IMG/VR virus record: IMGVR_UViG_3300015171_000001
Coordinates: 32,001 to 96,000 of that record
Origin: a virus
Length of the DNA stretch: 64,000 nt
Direction: 5' to 3' (one strand)
Shown here piece by piece: positions 57,445 to 64,000 of this stretch. Below the pieces are notes generated by a model, which worked only from the letters and a program-made list of their open reading frames with translations, searched no databases and had not been told where the DNA came from. Each line of letters starts with the position of its first letter. Position 1 is the first letter of the stretch. The position numbers were made by a program, and so were the translations under genes.

Positions 57445-59019
57445 ATGATTCCTAATAGTAAATTAAAGATTTCACAATTACCATTTGCCAGTGGAAGCGA
57501 AATTACTTTTAGTGATTCTATACATTTAATAAAATATCCTCAAAAAGAAGGTAAGCAAGCCTATCTATCAGATGTTCAATCTTTATTTGGAAGTAATTTC
57601 ACAGCATCTTATTGTATTACCGCCGCTTATGCATTAAATGGTGGAAGTGGAGGAACTAATGCTTCTTATGTTATAACTGCTTCTGGAGCTAACAGCAATC
57701 TTACAGCATCGTATGCATTGACGGCAAGTCATTTTAGTGGATTGTCCCCATCAGGAAATTATTCAACAACTATTGGAGATGGTGTTCACAATACATATAC
57801 TATAATTCATGGATTGAGAACAGTTGATATATTATATTCTGTATTTGATACCGGCACTTTGCAATTTGTGATTCCAAATGTTTCTATTATTGACACAAAC
57901 ACAATCTCTGTTCATTTTTTTAATATTCCTACTACAAATCAATTTAATATTACTGTTACTGCCGGAAACATAGTATTAAATAATAGTGGAAGTGGAAATT
58001 CTGTTTCAGCTTCTTATGCAACAACAGCATCTTATGCATTAAATGGTGGGGGAGGAACTAATGCTTCTTATGTTATAACTGCCTCTGGAGCTAATAGCAA
58101 TCTTACAGCATCCTACGCTTTAACAGCTAGTTTCTTTTCTGGAATGCTTTTAACAGGATCTTTTACAAAATTAATTGGAGATGGAATAAATAATACATTT
58201 ACAGTAGTTCATAATTTAAATACTACTAATTTATTATTTTCTATGTATGATGTAGGAACACTACAAATTGTTTACCCCAATATAAGTATTTTAAATGTTA
58301 ATAGTGTAATAGTAAAGTTTTTTTCAGTTCCGACCACAAACGAATTTAGTTTAACAATTTCAGCAGGAAACACAACTTTCGGTTCTGGAGCAGTAACAGC
58401 TTCTTATGCAACAACAGCATCTTATGCATTAAATGGTGGGGGAGGAACAACAAATACTGGATCGTTTGTTGTGACTGCATCTGGAACTTCTGGTAATTTA
58501 ACAGCATCATATGCATTAAATTCAGTAACCGCATCATATAGTTTAAATGGAAATATTAATACTGGTTCATTTGTTGTTACTGCGTCTGGTACTACAGGAA
58601 ACCTTACATCAAGTTATGCATTGACTGCTAGTTATTTTTCTGGAAATTTTTCGGGTTCATACACAACATTAATTGGTGATGGGGTTCACAATTCATATAC
58701 AATTACACATAATTTAGGAACAAAAAATTTATTATTTGCAATGTATGACACAGGAACTAATCAATTAATTACTCCAGATGTAACATTTATAGATAACAAT
58801 AATATATTAGTTTCTTTTGGTACTGTACCATCTACTAATGAATATAGTTTAACAATTTCTATAGGAAATGAAATTTTTATTACTAGCACATCTACATCTA
58901 GTTATCTTGCGCCATTTAATGGTTCTGGTTCTTTGACTGGAAGTGCTGGGTCAATTGCAACATTTCTATTTGTGAATATAAACGGAACTAATTATAAAAT
59001 GGCACTATATAATTTATAA
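57445..59019 (+). CDS. fibre/decoration protein with three repeated beta modules and TASYA repeats
   Basis: KISQLP N-terminus; three copies of IGDG..N.(Y/F)T..H.L.T; many TASYAL. Confidence 0.7.
   Translation: MIPNSKLKISQLPFASGSEITFSDSIHLIKYPQKEGKQAYLSDVQSLFGSNFTASYCITAAYALNGGSGGTNASYVITASGANSNLTASYALTASHFSGLSPSGNYSTTIGDGVHNTYTIIHGLRTVDILYSVFDTGTLQFVIPNVSIIDTNTISVHFFNIPTTNQFNITVTAGNIVLNNSGSGNSVSASYATTASYALNGGGGTNASYVITASGANSNLTASYALTASFFSGMLLTGSFTKLIGDGINNTFTVVHNLNTTNLLFSMYDVGTLQIVYPNISILNVNSVIVKFFSVPTTNEFSLTISAGNTTFGSGAVTASYATTASYALNGGGGTTNTGSFVVTASGTSGNLTASYALNSVTASYSLNGNINTGSFVVTASGTTGNLTSSYALTASYFSGNFSGSYTTLIGDGVHNSYTITHNLGTKNLLFAMYDTGTNQLITPDVTFIDNNNILVSFGTVPSTNEYSLTISIGNEIFITSTSTSSYLAPFNGSGSLTGSAGSIATFLFVNINGTNYKMALYNL
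58007..58448 (+). repeat. exact 52 bp direct repeat (58007-58058 and 58397-58448)
   Basis: CAGCTTCTTATGCAACAACAGCATCTTATGCATTAAATGGTGGGGGAGGAAC twice, 390 bp apart. Confidence 0.9.
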
Positions 59020-59055
59020 GGTTTTTACAATATTTTAATTCTATATATTAAAAAT

Positions 59056-59334
59056 ATGAATACAATTAAATTTACAGAAGAAGAATTAAATAATTTAAAA
59101 GATATAGCAAATAAAACACAAAATTGTGTATTTAAATTTGGCCAAGTGTATATCGAAAGAGAAAAAATTCAAATTTCAATAAATGAATTGAAAAAATATG
59201 AAGATACTTTAAAAAAAGAATATGCACAAGTCCAAAAAGAAGAAGAATCTTTTCTAGAAAAAATAACCCAAAAATATGGAGAAGGTAATATTGATATAAA
59301 TACTGGAGAATTTATTCCAAATATAAAAAATTAA
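59056..59334 (+). CDS. small coiled-coil protein (possible fibre chaperone)
   Basis: Heptad helix ending KYGEGNIDINTGEF, after the fibre gene. Confidence 0.6.
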   Translation: MNTIKFTEEELNNLKDIANKTQNCVFKFGQVYIEREKIQISINELKKYEDTLKKEYAQVQKEEESFLEKITQKYGEGNIDINTGEFIPNIKN

Positions 59335-59338
59335 AAAT

Positions 59339-59828
59339 ATGACAAATAAAAATGATTTTCAAATTAAATGGACGGGAGGTGGCTCAAATCCATCAGGGTC
59401 CACTCCATTTGGATTTTATGATACTGATGCTCAATTCCAATATTTAGCACCAAGGGCAGCATCCTGGGGCAGCAAAAATGTTAGGTTATCCAATCATTGA
59501 TGTTGAGTTAACAGATGTTCATTTTTATACTTGTTTTGAAGATGCAATAAATGAATATAACGAACAAATAAATCTAAACATAACAATATTTTCCAATAAT
59601 CCTATTCAAATTATTCCATTTAAAGACATAAATTTTGTTGGAAAAAGATGGATCTATAAATATTTCTTAGCAAATTGCAAAGAAATTTTGGGAATAATTC
59701 GCAGAAAATATCAAACTATTCCAGTTTCTTTTGCAGAAATAACATTAGATGGTAAAGAATTAATACGAGAGGCATCTGCTGAGAAAGAAAGATTAATTAT
59801 GAAATTTAAAGAAAATTGTAAGTTATAA
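59339..59828 (+). pseudogene. shortened, frameshifted paralogue of the gp13-like neck gene
   Basis: ATG 59339 gives W.G.GSNPSGSTPFGFYD..APRAASW; an extra G (GGGG at 59466-59469 vs GGG) shifts frame into ORF 59478..59828. Confidence 0.8.
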
Positions 59829-59930
59829 TTTATAAAAATTGATAAAATATTTGTAATATTAAAAATTAATACATTTTGAAAATTAAAAAATATATTTATA
59901 AATATTAACTTATAAAACAACAACAAAAAT

Positions 59931-62906
59931 ATGGCAACATCTCAAGACTTATCCTACAAACCAATTTCAAGACTAGTTTCTCCAATAGTGGCAACTAGAG
60001 AAATTGACCAATCTTTCCTTGCACAAGGGGTAGCAAATATTGGAGGTGCAATTGTTGGTCCTTTTGCTCAAGGACCTGGATTTACTCCAGTAACTGTAAC
60101 ATCTATTGCAGATTTTGAGGCACTTTTTGGTGTTCCAGATGGCACATATTATACACCATATACAGTTGAGCAATATTTGGCTCAAAGCAATATTGTTACT
60201 ATTGTGAGAACTGGTCAATTGGGTGGATATATTCAACAAAATCCAATATTGCTTCTTGCTCAAAGTGGTTCAACATCAAGACAGGCTGGATTGGGAATAT
60301 TTACTTCGTCTATTGGATATTGCACAATTACTACTGCTGGTGTGACTGGAAGTGTTACTGGCTCGGTTACTAGCACTTTCTTAAATGGTCCTCTTTCTGG
60401 AAGTTTATTCTCAATTCCAATTACTGCTTCTTTTGTTAGTGGAAGTGTTGGATATATAAGCGGAAGTTCAAAATTCTCATCTGGATCTATTCTTTATACA
60501 TTGCCAGCATCTACTGGAAATTTTGCAGGTAGCGTGTTTACTGCTTTTGTAAGTTCATCAACAGTTGGAAGTTCTATTAAATATAATATTCAAGGAAATA
60601 TTTCTGGAAGTTATGGTGCATTTATTCCAAATACATTCGTGGCTAATGGATCTACACCATTATTACTTGCAACATTAGCAAATTCTGCTTATGACTCCGC
60701 ACAAAATTTAAATGGATTTACGGGAAGTATATTAACTGCCGTAAATACTGGATCAATTGGTTCAGATTATTTCTTGTCACTAGCTGATTTAAATCCTATT
60801 ACATTAACTACATCAAGTTATGGAACTTATAGATTCTCATTAGATTCTACAAGTCCATCATGGTTAACTAATGTATTTAGCACAGATCCAACAGCAGGTG
60901 CAGTTGCGGTTGCTGCTGGTCAAAAAATAGATGCTGCTTATATTTATAATTATTTTGAAAATACAATTGATCAAGTTTTAGGATCGATGTTAACTAATGG
61001 AAATTATCAAGTAAAAATAGCAAATGCCGATGGTGTTTATTTTGATCCAGTTTCTTCACAATATTTACCAAATCAATCACTTAAATTTAGCGATGGTGTT
61101 CCCGGTGGTGGTGGTGGAGTAAATAATGTTGCTTGGAGTGCATATGACTTACGAGAAGCTGAAACCCCATGGATTAATTCTCAAAAAATCTCATCTTGGA
61201 GTGGCAGTGTTAGTCAATCATCTACAAGATATAATTTATTCAAAGTTCACACTCTTTCTGATGGAACTTCAACAAATACAAATTATAAAATACAAATTCA
61301 AAATGTTAAATTGGCTGGTCAAGTTCCAGGAAGTGATTATGGATTATTTGATCTTGTTGTGCGATCTTTTACAGATACAGACAGAAGACCATATGTACTT
61401 GAAAGATATTCTAATTTATCATTAGATCCATCTTCAGTAAATTATATCGCAAGAAGAATTGGAGATTCTTATAGTTCAATTGACTATAATGGAAAAATTT
61501 TACAATTTGGTACATATAATAATCAAAGTAAATATGTGAGAGTTGAAATGACTGTTTCTCCAATTCCAGTAACAGCAGTTCCTTATGGATTCGATTCTTA
61601 TGCAAGTCCTATTGGTGGTCAATATGCACATTCAATTCCATTGATGACATATACAAGTGCAAGTATTTATTCTAAACAACCAGGAAAATATTCAAGTGGT
61701 ATTGTTTTTCAACCTGCACCTGCTGGTGCTGATGCAGAATTATCCGCATTATATCCTGATGGTACTTCTCAAGGGGCTGAATTAGATAACTTACAATATT
61801 TTGCACCAATTCCAGAAAATTCAGTAACAGGAAATAATTATTTTGATTTAAATGATTTCTGTGGAATTCCTGCTGTATATAGTCCGTCTAATGAAAGTAC
61901 TAATATATTGATGAGAAATTTCACATTAGGATTTCAACAAGGATTTGACGGGGGTTCTCCTTCTATTCCTAAATTATTAGGAAATGATATTCTTCCTTCA
62001 AATACACAAGGATTAGACTGTACCTCAATTGTTTCCAGTGGAAGCGTTGCTTATAAAAATTGTTTAGATGCATTGTCAAATGCAGATGAATTTGATATTA
62101 ACTTATTAGCTACACCAGGAATTCTTTATAACTTACATCCGCATGTTGTAAACTTGGGGGTTAACATTTGTGAAAATCGTGGAGATGCATTTTATATCTT
62201 TGATATTTATGCAAATCAAACTGCTGGTGGAAACTCAATTGATAATGTTGTTTCTACTGCGGCTGAATTTGATACTAATTATGCAGCTACTTATTATCCT
62301 TGGATTAAAATAGTTGATACAAACACAAACCAAATAATAACAGTTCCTCCTTCAGTTGTGATGCCTTCTATTTACGCACAAAATGATAAAGTTGCTAATG
62401 AATGGAATGCACCTGCTGGTTTAAATCGTGGTGGAATTACTCAGGCTGTTGGTGTTGTTGATAGATTGACACAAACAGATCGTGATACATTATATGATGG
62501 CAGAGTTAATCCAATTGCTTCTTTTCCAGGAACTGGAATTGTTGCGTGGGGTCAAAAAACTCTTCAAGTATTGCCAAGTGCTCTTGATAGAGTAAATGTA
62601 AGAAGATTGTTGATTGCTCTTAAAAAGTTCATTGCAAGTTCTTCAAAGTATTTGTTATTTGAACAAAATGTCGCAACTACAAGAAATAAATTCTTAAGTA
62701 TTGTTAATCCTTATCTTGAAAGTGTTGTGCAACGTAATGGTTTATACGCATTCAGAGTTCAAATGGATGCCAATAATAATACGGCTGCATTAATAGATCA
62801 AAATATATTATATGGTAACATATTTTTACAGCCAACCAAATCCATAGAAATAATTTTACTTGATTTCCGTGTACTTCCTAGTGGAGCCGTGTTCCCAAAT
62901 GACTAA
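59931..62906 (+). CDS. gp18: tail sheath protein (gp18-like)
   Basis: SP.V..REID.S, W.APAGLNRG, VNPI..FPG.G..WGQKTL, DRVNVRRLL. Confidence 0.95.
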   Translation: MATSQDLSYKPISRLVSPIVATREIDQSFLAQGVANIGGAIVGPFAQGPGFTPVTVTSIADFEALFGVPDGTYYTPYTVEQYLAQSNIVTIVRTGQLGGYIQQNPILLLAQSGSTSRQAGLGIFTSSIGYCTITTAGVTGSVTGSVTSTFLNGPLSGSLFSIPITASFVSGSVGYISGSSKFSSGSILYTLPASTGNFAGSVFTAFVSSSTVGSSIKYNIQGNISGSYGAFIPNTFVANGSTPLLLATLANSAYDSAQNLNGFTGSILTAVNTGSIGSDYFLSLADLNPITLTTSSYGTYRFSLDSTSPSWLTNVFSTDPTAGAVAVAAGQKIDAAYIYNYFENTIDQVLGSMLTNGNYQVKIANADGVYFDPVSSQYLPNQSLKFSDGVPGGGGGVNNVAWSAYDLREAETPWINSQKISSWSGSVSQSSTRYNLFKVHTLSDGTSTNTNYKIQIQNVKLAGQVPGSDYGLFDLVVRSFTDTDRRPYVLERYSNLSLDPSSVNYIARRIGDSYSSIDYNGKILQFGTYNNQSKYVRVEMTVSPIPVTAVPYGFDSYASPIGGQYAHSIPLMTYTSASIYSKQPGKYSSGIVFQPAPAGADAELSALYPDGTSQGAELDNLQYFAPIPENSVTGNNYFDLNDFCGIPAVYSPSNESTNILMRNFTLGFQQGFDGGSPSIPKLLGNDILPSNTQGLDCTSIVSSGSVAYKNCLDALSNADEFDINLLATPGILYNLHPHVVNLGVNICENRGDAFYIFDIYANQTAGGNSIDNVVSTAAEFDTNYAATYYPWIKIVDTNTNQIITVPPSVVMPSIYAQNDKVANEWNAPAGLNRGGITQAVGVVDRLTQTDRDTLYDGRVNPIASFPGTGIVAWGQKTLQVLPSALDRVNVRRLLIALKKFIASSSKYLLFEQNVATTRNKFLSIVNPYLESVVQRNGLYAFRVQMDANNNTAALIDQNILYGNIFLQPTKSIEIILLDFRVLPSGAVFPND

Positions 62907-62923
62907 TAATCAATAACTTATAA

Positions 62924-62959
62924 ACAAAAATGGAAACTGTAAAAAGTTTCCATTTTTGT
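62924..62959 (+). terminator. intrinsic terminator after sheath gene
   Basis: ACAAAAATGGAAACT-GTAAAA-AGTTTCCATTTTTGT. Confidence 0.85.
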
Positions 62960-63002
62960 ATATTAGTGGATATATTACAAATTTATCCATATATGTAAAT
63001 GT

Positions 63003-63856
63003 GTGGACAAATTACATATATTAAAAGAAGTTTTAGAAAAAAATAAAGAATGTTTTTGGATTGTGTTAAAATCTCACCATCCTTTATTATTTAATGAAAT
63101 CAACGATTTGTCTGGAAAAAATTTTTCGGAAAAAGTATATAAATTTTTAAATAATAATATCATTCCAAAATGTGAGTGTTGTGGCGGTAATTCTTCTTTT
63201 TTAAGTTTATATAAAGGATATTTAAAATATTGTTCTAATAAATGTAGAGGAAAGACGCAAACACAAAATGCGCAAAAAACATTAAATTGTGTTTTTTGTG
63301 GTAAAGAATTTTCAAAATTAAATTCAAGAAAAAACATAACTTGTTCTATTGAGTGTGCTAAAAATCATAGTGCTTCTAAATCAGTTAGAGATGTGTGTGT
63401 AATTAAACAAAAAGAAACAGTATTACAAAAGTATGGGGTTGATCATTTTTCAAAAACAAAAATGTTTTCAGAAAAATTAAAAAATACAAAATTAATAAGA
63501 TATGACGACGAAAACTATGTAAATTTTGTTAAAGCAAAAGAAACAAAATTGATTAAATATGGAAATGCTAATTTTAATAATAGAGAAAAATCAAATAAGA
63601 CCTGTTTAAAAAAATATAATGTTGACAGTGTTAGTAAAATTCCAGAAGTAAGAAAAAAAGCAGAAACAACAATGATGCTTAAATATGGAATTCATTGTGG
63701 ATTATGCTTACTAATGCAGTTGTTCATTTAACTTCCAAGGAAATTTGGGCTAAAGATAAAAATCGTGTGAAATTATTAGAATCCAAAGGATATAATGTAA
63801 ATATTATATGGGAGGATCATAATAATGAAAGTTTAAGACAATTTGATTTAATTTGA
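63003..63856 (+). pseudogene. decayed zinc-finger/KYGV-repeat endonuclease
   Basis: ORF 63003-63731 has CxxC/CSxxC and KYGV repeats; the Vsr-like C-terminus KEIWAKD..KGYNVNIIWED is in another frame ending at 63856; catalytic ExxGDYWH is absent. Confidence 0.7.
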
Positions 63857-63902
63857 TCTAATATAAAATTAAAATATATTTATATACTAATTACAAAAAA
63901 CA

Positions 63903-64000
63903 ATGATTACTTCGAACAATCCAATAGACACATCAGTTTCCAGTTTCAAAATGATTGCAAGTCCACTTGGTGGGGATTTGTTTCCTATTTTGAGTCAAAT
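63903..64000 (+). CDS. 5' end of a probable virion/fibre protein (partial)
   Basis: MITSNNPIDTSVSSFKMIASPLGGDLFPILSQ, open to the window end, preceded by TATTTATA at 63877. Confidence 0.5.
   Translation, partial: MITSNNPIDTSVSSFKMIASPLGGDLFPILSQ

Noticed and set aside
54362-59506. Neck-gene duplication as a DGR template/variable repeat pair
   Set aside because: Differences are not adenine-specific in either copy (they include G/C) and no reverse transcriptase is present in the window
1394-63337. Numerous 60-143 aa antisense or alternate-frame ORFs in the track
   Set aside because: They are nested in well-supported genes, have no motifs and look like shadow ORFs
1-64000. Stop-codon reassignment (as in some large phages)
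   Set aside because: Core genes are full length in code 11; TAG ends the neck gene at a plausible IYVG terminus and TGA ends 18684..19769 at the same point where its paralogue uses TAA
1-64000. CRISPR array or cas genes
   Set aside because: No regularly spaced repeats with unique spacers; the repeats found are two-copy or coding

Overview
A 64 kb, very AT-rich segment of a large T4-like (Caudoviricetes, myovirus-type) phage genome. It uses the standard genetic code and almost all genes are on the + strand. The first 0.8 kb is the end of a small-RNA region: three atypical tRNA genes (long-variable-arm Ile-UAU, initiator-like Met-CAU, Gly-ACC), two non-tRNA structured elements, sigma70-type promoters and a duplicated boxA-like 18-mer. 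Positions 0.8-7.6 kb hold accessory genes: S4-like protein, metallophosphoesterase, KpsS-like glycosyltransferase, Hsp20, a catalytically degenerate peptide deformylase and a gp55-like late sigma factor. The rest is the morphogenesis region: baseplate/tail genes, an embedded RuvC-primase-(Mre11+Rad50 fusion) block, terminase, portal and prohead protease (four inteins between them), scaffold, major capsid, neck and tail-terminator genes, fibres, tail sheath and free-standing endonucleases. The most interesting cross-gene patterns are: (i) a shared N-terminal LKxLIxEC[IL]xE helix on unrelated small proteins (candidate capsid-loading address); (ii) an [S/T]-[G/A]-S tripeptide concentrated in virion proteins (candidate glycosylation sequon); (iii) a TATTTATA late-promoter-like motif with apparently leaderless starts; (iv) the odd tRNA/ncRNA cluster. 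All assignments are by motif recognition by eye; no database search was run.
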